A program made the position numbers and the translations under genes. A model generated the notes under the pieces. It was not told where the DNA came from. It worked only from the letters and a program-made list of their open reading frames with translations, and ran no database searches. A stretch of 64,000 nt of DNA from a virus (lineage: Duplodnaviria; Caudoviricetes): the IMG/VR virus record IMGVR_UViG_3300034107_000262, positions 610 to 64,609 of that record, one strand, 5' to 3'. Shown one piece after another: positions 26,479 to 35,618 of this stretch (position 1 is its first letter; each line of letters starts with the position of its first letter).

Positions 26479-27402
26479 ATGGCAACAAATAATTTACGTA
26501 TTATCTATAATAATGTAGTTGATTTATCAACTACTACAATCACAGCATCTAGTACTCAGTCAGGAACACCCTCAGTAAATAATCTAAAGAAAGATGCCAA
26601 AGGTTTGATTTGGAGATCGAGTCCTACCACAGTATCGAGTACTACTGTTAGAGCTTATTTAACAATAGATCTGGGTAGTGCTAAATCGATTCAAGGAGTG
26701 GTGTTAGCTTTTACTAACTTAGTATCCTCAACTGCAACTATTAAAGTACAGAGTAGCGACATAGCATTTGCAGCAAACGCAGAAAGTCAGATTGATAATC
26801 CTGGAGTAACTCCTGCGAATAATGCAACTGCTGTACTAGCATGTCCTTGGAATACTTTAAGTTTACCAGACTGGGGAACTAACTCAGTGGGTGCTAATAC
26901 ATACGCGTACGGAGGTGGCACATACGCCAGGGTATGGCTATCTGATACTACTGCACGCAGATACTGGAATATTGAAATCACAGATACTCGACCAGCGGGT
27001 ACAGGACATTACATTGAAGTATCTAGACTAATTATGGGACAGTACTGGACTCCTAAGTATAATACTGGATATGGTATGACCAACTCAATGAAAGACATGA
27101 GCACGCATGAACGCACAGAATCTGGTGATTTAGTATCTCAACGTGGACCTAGATACAGCTGTCTTACCTTTGACCTAAAGTGGTTAGACCCTAGCGATCG
27201 CATTCAGTTAACTAAGATTATGCTAGGTAATGGACTTCCAAGACCGTTATTAGTTAGTTTATTTCCAGATAATGGAAGTACTACAATAAAAGCTGAAATG
27301 GAACGTGCGCATCAAATTTATGGTAAGATGGTTACTCTACCAGGAATTACATATGATATGCTGGATATATACTCCACTCAGTTCGAGATAGAAGAAGTAT
27401 AA
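26479..27402 (+). CDS. tail tip protein with a discoidin/F5-8-like domain (possible distal tail protein)
   Basis: ITASS...NNL...W, LTIDLG, ARRYWNIEI, IEVSRLIMGQYWTP. Confidence 0.55.
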   Translation: MATNNLRIIYNNVVDLSTTTITASSTQSGTPSVNNLKKDAKGLIWRSSPTTVSSTTVRAYLTIDLGSAKSIQGVVLAFTNLVSSTATIKVQSSDIAFAANAESQIDNPGVTPANNATAVLACPWNTLSLPDWGTNSVGANTYAYGGGTYARVWLSDTTARRYWNIEITDTRPAGTGHYIEVSRLIMGQYWTPKYNTGYGMTNSMKDMSTHERTESGDLVSQRGPRYSCLTFDLKWLDPSDRIQLTKIMLGNGLPRPLLVSLFPDNGSTTIKAEMERAHQIYGKMVTLPGITYDMLDIYSTQFEIEEV

Positions 27403-27403
27403 C

Positions 27404-27468
27404 AAAAATTCCCAGCCTTCGGGTTGGAATTTTTTTGGTTTGACTATACTATGCCTACATGATATAAT
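27404..27468 (+). promoter_or_regulatory. terminator plus promoter cassette A
   Basis: ccagcc-TTCG-ggttgg plus T-run; TTGACT (27440), 17 bp, TATAAT (27463). Confidence 0.8.
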
Positions 27469-27532
27469 AAGGTCAATTAAAACTAATAGTGCCAATATTT
27501 TTTGGTTAATTATACGGCAAAAGGAACATAAT

Positions 27533-27934
27533 ATGGCTGATGCTATAAGATTTGTACACGGCGATACACTTCCACAATTGAAATTAACTATAAGTGACTC
27601 GGTAACAGGTACTGCAGTAAATCTAACAGATTATTACGTTTATATGTGGATACGTGCCGCAGGTTCTACTCAGAGCCCTCAACGTAAACTAAGTAGTGTG
27701 GCCGGGGGCAGTATTACTGTATCTACTCAAAGTGGGTCGACGCTTGGCCAATGTATTATTGCCTGGGGTGTCGATGATTTAAAATTGGCTACTAGCAGTT
27801 ATGAAGCAGAAATAGAATTGGTACATAAAAATAATGGTAGTAGAGAAACTATATATGATTTACTTACTTTCTACGTACGTGGTGAAGTTGGGCCTACCCC
27901 CTTATCTAATGATGTTGTAATAGCATACCCGTAG
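27533..27934 (+). CDS. BppU/collar-like fibre-anchor protein
   Basis: AAGGA RBS before ATG 27533; GDTLPQLKLTISD..G.AVNLT...W...DL...YEAEIEL. Confidence 0.6.
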   Translation: MADAIRFVHGDTLPQLKLTISDSVTGTAVNLTDYYVYMWIRAAGSTQSPQRKLSSVAGGSITVSTQSGSTLGQCIIAWGVDDLKLATSSYEAEIELVHKNNGSRETIYDLLTFYVRGEVGPTPLSNDVVIAYP

Positions 27935-27935
27935 T

Positions 27936-28544
27936 ATGTGGCAAGTAGTAGCAAGTTTAAAGTCAAGCCTTGTAGGCACTTTAACTAGTAGCAGTAATAA
28001 AATAGCAAACATCGTTGCCACTAGTAATAAGACTTCCATCATAAGTCAAGTTAGTAATTTAGCACTTACAGTAGTACAGGGCATATTTGTACAGATACTT
28101 TATTTATTAGATACTGCAGCTACTAGCGATACTACTAGTAAGGAGTTTGGTAAAGGTATCCCAGATTCTACTAGTGTAGCTGATATTATTTCTAGTAAAG
28201 GTTTTGATAAAGGCATTCCAGACCCTACAACTGTAGCTAATACCTATAGTGTAGGAACAGGTAAGAACGTAGTAGACCCTACAACTGTAGCTAATACCTA
28301 TAGCGTAGAAACAGGCAAGAATGTATCAGACCCTACAAGTGTAGCAAATACTTACAGTATAGGAACAAGTAAAAATATACCCGATCCTATAAGTATAGGA
28401 GATACTATAGGAAGAGTAGTAGCATTTAATAGATCCTATAATGATCCTACAACTATAGTAGATACCGGTACACTATTACGTATAACGTATGTAGATAGCA
28501 GTTATTTTCTCGAAGACTACGTCGGAACTGCTAGCATTTTTTAA
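27936..28544 (+). CDS. virion repeat protein (18-aa repeats)
   Basis: DPTTVANTYSVGTGKNVV-type repeats; C-terminal YV...YF.EDYVG. Confidence 0.55.
   Translation: MWQVVASLKSSLVGTLTSSSNKIANIVATSNKTSIISQVSNLALTVVQGIFVQILYLLDTAATSDTTSKEFGKGIPDSTSVADIISSKGFDKGIPDPTTVANTYSVGTGKNVVDPTTVANTYSVETGKNVSDPTSVANTYSIGTSKNIPDPISIGDTIGRVVAFNRSYNDPTTIVDTGTLLRITYVDSSYFLEDYVGTASIF
28221..28436 (+). repeat. 54-nt tandem coding repeat, about 4 copies
   Basis: gaccctacaa/gatcctataa starts at 28221, 28275, 28329 and 28383. Confidence 0.8.
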
Positions 28545-28562
28545 TTTAAAGAAAGAACTAAT

Positions 28563-29057
28563 ATGAATTCCAATGAGAAATTAGGTATTAAAGGCAATTT
28601 AAATATTGTTCTTACTGATGCACAAGGCAGAATTAAAGATACTAGACAGGTAACAAATAAAGTTACTGCGAATGGCTTAAATCATATTTTACAAAGACTA
28701 GGTAATCTTACCCCCGCTACTTTTATGACCCATATGGCAGTAGGAATCAATGCTAGTCAAACTGCTGAAGATGGTTCGAGTACTATCTTAAAAACTGAAA
28801 CTGGTACCAGGGTATCCACAACAGGTACAGTTGCTGCAAATGTAATTACATATGTAGCAGATTTCGTAGCTGATCCAGACGGGGCTGGGGCTGGGGTATC
28901 TAATCCTGCTGCAGATTCAGCTATCACGGAAGCAGGAATTTTTACTCAAAGTGCAGTTGGTGGTATTCTACTATGCAGAACAGTATTTGCAGTAGTTAAT
29001 AAACTTACCACAGATAGTTTAAGAATTACTTGGAAAATTACACTAACTGCATCTTAA
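28563..29057 (+). CDS. conserved tail-associated structural protein
   Basis: N.VT..G...MAVG...ITEAGIF...LCRTVF.VVNK...L.ITW pattern typical of fibre-module proteins. Confidence 0.55.
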   Translation: MNSNEKLGIKGNLNIVLTDAQGRIKDTRQVTNKVTANGLNHILQRLGNLTPATFMTHMAVGINASQTAEDGSSTILKTETGTRVSTTGTVAANVITYVADFVADPDGAGAGVSNPAADSAITEAGIFTQSAVGGILLCRTVFAVVNKLTTDSLRITWKITLTAS

Positions 29058-29072
29058 TAAAAGAGGTTTGAA

Positions 29073-30053
29073 ATGGCAGCTATTACTACTAGGCAAACAG
29101 CAGGTACTGGAGCAACGGTTGCAGGGGTGCCACTAACAAACGCTCAACTTGATCAAAATTTTATAAATTTAAATACCGCTGTGGTGGATGCTGCAGCAAA
29201 TACTGCAGTAACTGCAGGTGCATATACTAATACTAATTTAACAGTAAACGCTCAGGGCAAGATTACGTCAGCATCTAATGGATCCCCCGGTGGAGTAACA
29301 GCGGTTACTGGTACCACCCCTATAACATCTACTGGTGGTAGTACCCCGGTTATTAGTATGCTTGCTGCTACGGCCTCCGTTAATGGTTATATGACCAGTA
29401 CTTATGCACTTAAATTAGATGGTATAGCATCAGGTGCTACTGCAAATGTAGGTACAGTAACAGCGGTTACTGGTACCACCCCTATAACATCTACTGGTGG
29501 TAGTACCCCTGCAATCTCTTTAGATAATACGGCAGTTACCCCTGGATCCTATACTACAGCAAATATTACTGTAGATGCCAAAGGTAGATTAACTGCCGCA
29601 TCTAGTGGATCTGGCGGTGGTTTAACAGTCTCAGATGATACTACTACTGACGACTCATATTATCCTATTATAGCTACAGCTACTTCAGGTAATCAGAGTA
29701 CGGCGAAAGTAACTAGTACTAAGTTATATTTCAATCCCAGCACAGGTACACTAAGTGCAACAATATACGCCTCATTATCAGATATTACTAAGAAGACTAA
29801 TGTTAAAAATATTAGTGATGCTTCTAGTATTGTTGATAAATTACAGGGCGTAAGTTTCGATTGGAAAGATGGTTCAGGCAGCAGCTACGGTTTTATTGCG
29901 CAAGACTTAGAAAAAGTAGTACCAAATGTAGTAACTACAGGTATAGAAGGTATAAAATCTGTTAATTATTCTGCTATTATTCCTTTCTTACTAGAAACCA
30001 TCAAAGAACAAAATATTAGGATATCTAAATTAGAAGCATTGGTAAGACCCTAA
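29073..30053 (+). CDS. tail fibre with C-terminal intramolecular chaperone (peptidase S74)
   Basis: PLTNAQLDQNF N-terminus; SD..KK.N..., GFIAQDLEKVVP, VNYSAIIPFL; perfect 54-nt internal repeat at 29294-29347 and 29456-29509. Confidence 0.8.
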   Translation: MAAITTRQTAGTGATVAGVPLTNAQLDQNFINLNTAVVDAAANTAVTAGAYTNTNLTVNAQGKITSASNGSPGGVTAVTGTTPITSTGGSTPVISMLAATASVNGYMTSTYALKLDGIASGATANVGTVTAVTGTTPITSTGGSTPAISLDNTAVTPGSYTTANITVDAKGRLTAASSGSGGGLTVSDDTTTDDSYYPIIATATSGNQSTAKVTSTKLYFNPSTGTLSATIYASLSDITKKTNVKNISDASSIVDKLQGVSFDWKDGSGSSYGFIAQDLEKVVPNVVTTGIEGIKSVNYSAIIPFLLETIKEQNIRISKLEALVRP

Positions 30054-30057
30054 GAAG

Positions 30058-30117
30058 AAAATCCAACTCAGGTTGGATTTTTTTTGGTTTGACTGTACTA
30101 TGCCTACATGATATAAT
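30058..30117 (+). promoter_or_regulatory. terminator plus promoter cassette B
   Basis: aaaatccaac-tcag-gttggatttt; TTGACT (30089), 17 bp, TATAAT (30112); promoter differs from cassette A at one base. Confidence 0.8.
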
Positions 30118-30186
30118 AGCATAAAATATACCAGCATAATATACTTGTGCTACATAGACGTTATCTGACGCCAACAAGGAGAATGT

Positions 30187-30774
30187 ATGGCAGCACCTAC
30201 TAAACTGAATTTCAAGATCTACCAAGGCAGTACTTTTAGTGAAGTGTTGCGCTGGGAAAGCGATGTAAAAGTATACGTACCTATTATTAATATTGTAAAA
30301 ACTGCTCCAATGGTAGTAACTGCTACAGCACACGGAGCACCTGCAAATTGGAGAGTTAAAATCTCTAATGTACTAGGTATGAAAGAAGCCAATACTAGTG
30401 ATTATATACTTGCTACTAGTGTTAGTGCTAATTCTCTTACTTTTAATTCTATTAATGCTACCACGTATACTGCGTATACTGCCGGTAGTGGTATATTAGA
30501 ATATAACCAACCAGTAGATCTAACAGACTATACTGCGCGCATGCAGATTCGCGAAAAGGTTACTAGTAGTACCATTATTAAGGAACTTACCACTGCTAAT
30601 GGTGGGATTACTATTGATAATAGTAATAAGACTATTAGTTTTATTATTTCTGCAACAGATACTGCCTTATTTACTTTTAAAACAGCAGTATATAGCCTAG
30701 AACTAGTAAATGGTGCTTTAGTACTACCATTCATCTTCGGTGGAATTACTCTAGACACAGAAATTACGAGATAA
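30187..30774 (+). CDS. collar/BppU-like fibre-anchor protein with an inserted beta-barrel
   Basis: IYQGSTF...PVDLTDYTARMQIR...ELTTANGGI...ISATDTA...AVYSLEL. Confidence 0.6.
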   Translation: MAAPTKLNFKIYQGSTFSEVLRWESDVKVYVPIINIVKTAPMVVTATAHGAPANWRVKISNVLGMKEANTSDYILATSVSANSLTFNSINATTYTAYTAGSGILEYNQPVDLTDYTARMQIREKVTSSTIIKELTTANGGITIDNSNKTISFIISATDTALFTFKTAVYSLELVNGALVLPFIFGGITLDTEITR

Positions 30775-30776
30775 TA

Positions 30777-31034
30777 ATGGACTTAATAAATATTATAGAA
30801 ACTAGTAATATTATTAGCTCGGGCACTAGTGGTAATATTATTGTAGATAAACCAAGTAATAGTACTATAGTAGTATCAGGACTTCCCGGCCCACCAGGCC
30901 CTCCCGGAGGTGCTACAATAGGATCTTATTCAATTGTAGTATCCGGAATAGCCGCTAACGATTTATTAGCATTTAATGGAACTAATTGGATTAATCGACC
31001 ACAGGAACAATTGACCGAAGGCGGCAATTTTTAA
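30777..31034 (+). CDS. small fibre-associated protein with GPP collagen
   Basis: GLPGPPGPPG; ANDLLAFNGTNWIN; C-terminal EGGNF. Confidence 0.55.
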   Translation: MDLINIIETSNIISSGTSGNIIVDKPSNSTIVVSGLPGPPGPPGGATIGSYSIVVSGIAANDLLAFNGTNWINRPQEQLTEGGNF

Positions 31035-31046
31035 AAGGAGCCTTTG

Positions 31047-32702
31047 ATGGCAAATACAATTCGTATTAAACGTAGAGCTACAGGGGCTGTAGGTGCTCCT
31101 GTAGGTCTAGCCAATGCTGAACTAGCATTCAATGAAGTAGATAACACCCTTTATTATGGTAAAGGCACTGGCGGTGCGGGAGGTACTGCAACAACTGTAG
31201 ATGCTATCGGGGGCTCAGGGGCATTTGCAACTCTTACTAGTAATCAGACCATTAGTGGAGATAAGACCCATACTGGTTCACTAACTGCAGTAACTCAAAC
31301 TTCCTCAGATAATAGTACATTAGTAGCAACTACTGGATTTGTTAAATCTCAGAATTATCTCACAACGGTAGCAGGCTCCTCTCCAGTAACAGCATCTGTA
31401 TCAGGTAGTACTGCTACCGTAAGTATGGCTGCGGCCACTGGTAGTGCTGATGGATATTTAACCAGTACTAATTGGACTACTTTTAATAATAAGCAGCCAG
31501 CAGGTGCGTATCTAACTGGTAATGAAAGTATTACTCTTAGTGGTGATATTACTGGTTCTGGTACTACTACTATTACTACTACGCTAGCTGCTGCAGGAAC
31601 TGCGGGAACATACACTAAAGTAACTACAGATGCCAAAGGCAGAGTAACTTCTGGTACTACACTTGCCGCTACAGATATCCCTACTCTTACTGCTGCCAAA
31701 ATCAGCGACTTTGATACTCAGGTAAGAACATCTAGACTAGATCAGATGGCTATTCCTACTTCTGCCGTAACATTAAATGCACAGAAAATCACTGGATTAG
31801 GTACTCCTACAGCAGATACGGATGCGGCAACTAAGCAATATGTTGACGCTACGCGTCAAGGGCTTGCAGTAAAAGACGCAGTTCGCGCAGCAACTACAGC
31901 AGATATTACTCTCTCCGGTACTCAGACAGTAGACGGAGTAGCGCTAGTAGCTGGAGATAGAGTACTAGTTAAGAATCAAAGTACTGGTGCAAATAACGGT
32001 CTATATAATGTAGCAGCAGGTGGTTGGACTCGTACTATTGATAGCGATGCTCCTACTGGTGAACTTAGTGGTGGTGCATTTACATTCGTACAAGAAGGTA
32101 CTGTAAATGCTGATTCAGGATTTGTTTGTACTACTGATGGTGCCATTACTATAGGTACTACTGCCTTAACCTTTACCCAATTCTCAGGTGCCGGGCAGAT
32201 TACAGCTGGTACTGGTCTTAGCAAAACTGGTAATACTCTTGATGTAGGCGGCACTGCTGATCGTATTACTGCGAATGCTGATACTATTGATATTGCCAGT
32301 ACTTACGCAGGGCAAAGTACGATTACTACTCTGGGTACTATTACCACAGGTACTTGGACTGGAACTGCCATTGCAGTAGCTAGTGGCGGTACAGGCGGTA
32401 CAACTAGTACTGGTTCTGGAGCTGTAGTATTAGCTAATACTCCTACTCTAATTACTCCCGTATTAGGAACTCCTGGTTCAGGTAATTTTAGTACAGGCAC
32501 ATTTACTTGGCCTACATTCAATCAAAACACTTCAGGTACTGCAGCAGGTCTTTCTGCTACATTAGCAATAGGTAGTGGTGGTACTGGTGCTACAACCTTA
32601 ACTGGATTAGTTAAGGGTAATGGTACTTCAGCATTCACAGCTGCAGTAGATGGCACAGACTACTTAAGCCCTACCACTACTATCGACGGCGGCACTTACT
32701 AA
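31047..32702 (+). CDS. tail fibre protein
   Basis: AAGGAG RBS; TIRIKR...LA.AELA N-terminus, DAATKQYVD, VRAATT..ITLSG.QTVDGV...GDRVLVKNQ; C-terminal IDGGTY. Confidence 0.75.
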   Translation: MANTIRIKRRATGAVGAPVGLANAELAFNEVDNTLYYGKGTGGAGGTATTVDAIGGSGAFATLTSNQTISGDKTHTGSLTAVTQTSSDNSTLVATTGFVKSQNYLTTVAGSSPVTASVSGSTATVSMAAATGSADGYLTSTNWTTFNNKQPAGAYLTGNESITLSGDITGSGTTTITTTLAAAGTAGTYTKVTTDAKGRVTSGTTLAATDIPTLTAAKISDFDTQVRTSRLDQMAIPTSAVTLNAQKITGLGTPTADTDAATKQYVDATRQGLAVKDAVRAATTADITLSGTQTVDGVALVAGDRVLVKNQSTGANNGLYNVAAGGWTRTIDSDAPTGELSGGAFTFVQEGTVNADSGFVCTTDGAITIGTTALTFTQFSGAGQITAGTGLSKTGNTLDVGGTADRITANADTIDIASTYAGQSTITTLGTITTGTWTGTAIAVASGGTGGTTSTGSGAVVLANTPTLITPVLGTPGSGNFSTGTFTWPTFNQNTSGTAAGLSATLAIGSGGTGATTLTGLVKGNGTSAFTAAVDGTDYLSPTTTIDGGTY

Positions 32703-32743
32703 ACTTTTTAGTTTATCAGATTTCTCCTTTTTAGGAACTTAGC

Positions 32744-35476
32744 ATGGCAAATATAATTAAGATTAAGAATTCCTCAGTAGTCGCTAAAGTACCCCTAGTT
32801 GGAGATTTAGCGTATGGGGAAATTGCTTTAAACTATGCAGATGGTAAGATTTACTATAAGAAATCTGATAATACTATTCAAAGTATTAGTGGAGGCGTAG
32901 CAAGCGTATCAGGAACTGCCCCCATAGTAAGTTCTGGAGGAGCTACGCCTGCTATCAGTATTCCAGTAGCCACTACTTCAGTTAGTGGCTATTTGTCGAG
33001 TACTGATTGGAATACGTTTAATGGAAAACAAGCAGCTTTAGGATTTACTCCTTATAATGCTACGAATCCTAGCGGATACACTACTAACACTGGTACCGTA
33101 ACAAGTGTTGCTGCCTTAACTCTAGGCACTACAGGTACAGATGTTACATCTACTGTAGCTACTGGTACCACTACTCCAGTTATTACTTTAAATTTACCAA
33201 CAGCTTCTGCATCTAATAGGGGTGCTTTAAGTTCTGCTAATTGGACTACGTTTAATAATAAACAAGCAGCTTTAGGATTTACTCCTGAGAATACTGCCAA
33301 TAAAGGGGCTGCTAATGGATACGCTCCATTAGATGCTACTAGCAAAATCTCGTCTACTTACTTACCTAGTTATGTAGATGACGTACTAGAATACGCTAAC
33401 TTAGCCGCATTACCTGCAACGGGTGAAACTGCCAAGATATATGTAACTTTAGATACCAATAAAACCTACAGATGGTCTGGTTCAGCATATGTAGAGATCT
33501 CAGCGTCACCTGGCTCTACTGATGCGGTTACTGAGGGTAGTACTAATCTATACTTTACAAATACTCGTGCTAGAGCTGCAATCTCAGCCACACAGAATTT
33601 AACTTATAACTCTACAACTGGAGTTATTACTGGGCCGGTGTTGAGTAGTTATTTAACTGCTGAAGCAGATACCCTAGCTACAGTTACTGCTCGTGGAGCA
33701 ACTACTACAGCATCTATTGGAATCGGTGCTGCTAGTCCTACTGCAAACTTACATGTACAGAATTCGACAAATGCTACTTTTTTCCAACCCACTGGAACAT
33801 GGGCTGCAAAGATATATCAGGCCGCTGACGGTCTTGGACAAAATGGATTAGTTGTTGCTAATAGATGGTCCGCAGATAATTCAACTGCATTTGAAGTTGG
33901 TTCGCTATACGGTGCTGGATCTGTATGGTCCTCGTACTATAAAATATCAGGACTTGGTACACATACCTGGGGTTCAGGGGCGGCTGGCGCAGTCCGAATG
34001 ACATTGGATACTTCTGGTAACGTTGGTATTGGTACTACTAGCCCTTCCAGTTGGGGCAACCTTGTAGTTAGAGGCACATCTGCGGCGGGTGCAATAGTTT
34101 CAGCAATTGTAAATACGTCCGGCACGGCCGGCAGTCAAGCTGTTTTATCTTTTGATCCAGGTAGCAATGGGTTTAATGTCCGTGATAGTCAGATACGGGC
34201 AACAAATAACGGTAGCAACCAAACCACATTAGAGTTTTATACTGCAAATGCAAGTACACCTGTTGAGTGTATGCGTATTACTAATACTGGACGAGTTGGT
34301 ATAGGTGTAACAGCACCCTCAGTTAGTCTCGATACTATTGGGCCTGTTTATATTAGAGGTGCTAATGCTGCTGGTGCACTCTTGTCTATTACACCAAATG
34401 TAACATCTGGTGCGAATGGTGTTAACATTGCTGCTAGCTTTATCACTGGTGGGCATGGTCCGCTATTATTTAGTACCGCTGCTGCTACACGCATAACACT
34501 GGATACTTCTGGTAACGTTGGTATTGGTGCGACTACTACAACAGGTGAAAGACTTACTGTTATACCATCTGCAAACCCAACAACATATGCTACTGCGAAG
34601 CAAATTGCTATCGGAGAGATTACTAATAATTCTGCTTATCGTTTATCCTTAGGATACGCACTTCTATCTGCTAGTGTTTGGACTGGTATAATCGATTCAA
34701 CAGCAAATACTGCAGGAACCACACTTTCAATAAATCCTTCCGGAGGTTATGTTGGTATTGGTACTACAGCTCCTAGAAATCAAGTAGAAATTGGAAATGC
34801 TACTGCTAATCAAACACTGCGTATTGGTGGAATATATTCTGGACCTACTTCTGGATATACCGCTGTTGGGCAAGAAACTACACGTCACCAGATAGTATTC
34901 TCAAGCTGGAGAGATGCACAAACTGATACGATTGGTGCCAAGATTGTTGCTATTAATCTAACAAATTATGGTGCCCCTTACTATCTAGTACAAAAAACAG
35001 ATCTAGCATTCTTTACATCAAATGCTACGCCAGCTACTACTGATGCAACAACAGAAAGAATGCGTATTGTTGCAAATGGTAATGTACTAATAGGTACAAC
35101 TACTGATGGCGGATATAAACTTCAAGTTAATGGCTCATTTGCTGCAACTACTAAATCATTCGTAATTGATCACCCAACCAAACCGGGTATGCAGTTATGT
35201 TATGGATCTCTTGAAGGTCCAGAAAATGGTGTATACGTTCGCGGTAAGCTAAAAGGTAATAGGATTGAACTACCTGAATACTGGACTAAACTTGTAGATC
35301 CTGATTCAATTACAGTTAACCTAACAGCAATTGGTAAATCACAAGACCTATACGTTGAAGATATTATTGATAATGTAGTGCATATTGGTGGAGATAATAT
35401 TAATTGTTTCTATATAGTATATGGTGAACGGGTAGACGTTGAAAAGCTAAAGGTAGAATATGATTATCAAGATTAA
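32744..35476 (+). CDS. long tail fibre protein
   Basis: IIKIK...LAYGEIALNYADG N-terminus; repeated RM.I...GNVGIGT units; C-terminal KSFVIDHPTK...SLEGPE domain. Confidence 0.8.
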   Translation: MANIIKIKNSSVVAKVPLVGDLAYGEIALNYADGKIYYKKSDNTIQSISGGVASVSGTAPIVSSGGATPAISIPVATTSVSGYLSSTDWNTFNGKQAALGFTPYNATNPSGYTTNTGTVTSVAALTLGTTGTDVTSTVATGTTTPVITLNLPTASASNRGALSSANWTTFNNKQAALGFTPENTANKGAANGYAPLDATSKISSTYLPSYVDDVLEYANLAALPATGETAKIYVTLDTNKTYRWSGSAYVEISASPGSTDAVTEGSTNLYFTNTRARAAISATQNLTYNSTTGVITGPVLSSYLTAEADTLATVTARGATTTASIGIGAASPTANLHVQNSTNATFFQPTGTWAAKIYQAADGLGQNGLVVANRWSADNSTAFEVGSLYGAGSVWSSYYKISGLGTHTWGSGAAGAVRMTLDTSGNVGIGTTSPSSWGNLVVRGTSAAGAIVSAIVNTSGTAGSQAVLSFDPGSNGFNVRDSQIRATNNGSNQTTLEFYTANASTPVECMRITNTGRVGIGVTAPSVSLDTIGPVYIRGANAAGALLSITPNVTSGANGVNIAASFITGGHGPLLFSTAAATRITLDTSGNVGIGATTTTGERLTVIPSANPTTYATAKQIAIGEITNNSAYRLSLGYALLSASVWTGIIDSTANTAGTTLSINPSGGYVGIGTTAPRNQVEIGNATANQTLRIGGIYSGPTSGYTAVGQETTRHQIVFSSWRDAQTDTIGAKIVAINLTNYGAPYYLVQKTDLAFFTSNATPATTDATTERMRIVANGNVLIGTTTDGGYKLQVNGSFAATTKSFVIDHPTKPGMQLCYGSLEGPENGVYVRGKLKGNRIELPEYWTKLVDPDSITVNLTAIGKSQDLYVEDIIDNVVHIGGDNINCFYIVYGERVDVEKLKVEYDYQD

Positions 35477-35618
35477 AATTAATAAAGAAACACTGGAATA
35501 TGAATTAGAAGATGCCGGTGCTATAGTTCATAGTATTACAGCAGATGGTGATTATATTAGCGTTGAAATTTCTAAAGAAGATCCTCAATTAACCGTGGTA
35601 CCCCTATGGCAACAATAA
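35460..35618 (+). CDS. hypothetical protein (52 aa, absent from ORF track)
   Basis: MIIKIKINKETLEYELED...VPLWQQ* fills the gap and overlaps both neighbours. Confidence 0.55.
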   Translation: MIIKIKINKETLEYELEDAGAIVHSITADGDYISVEISKEDPQLTVVPLWQQ

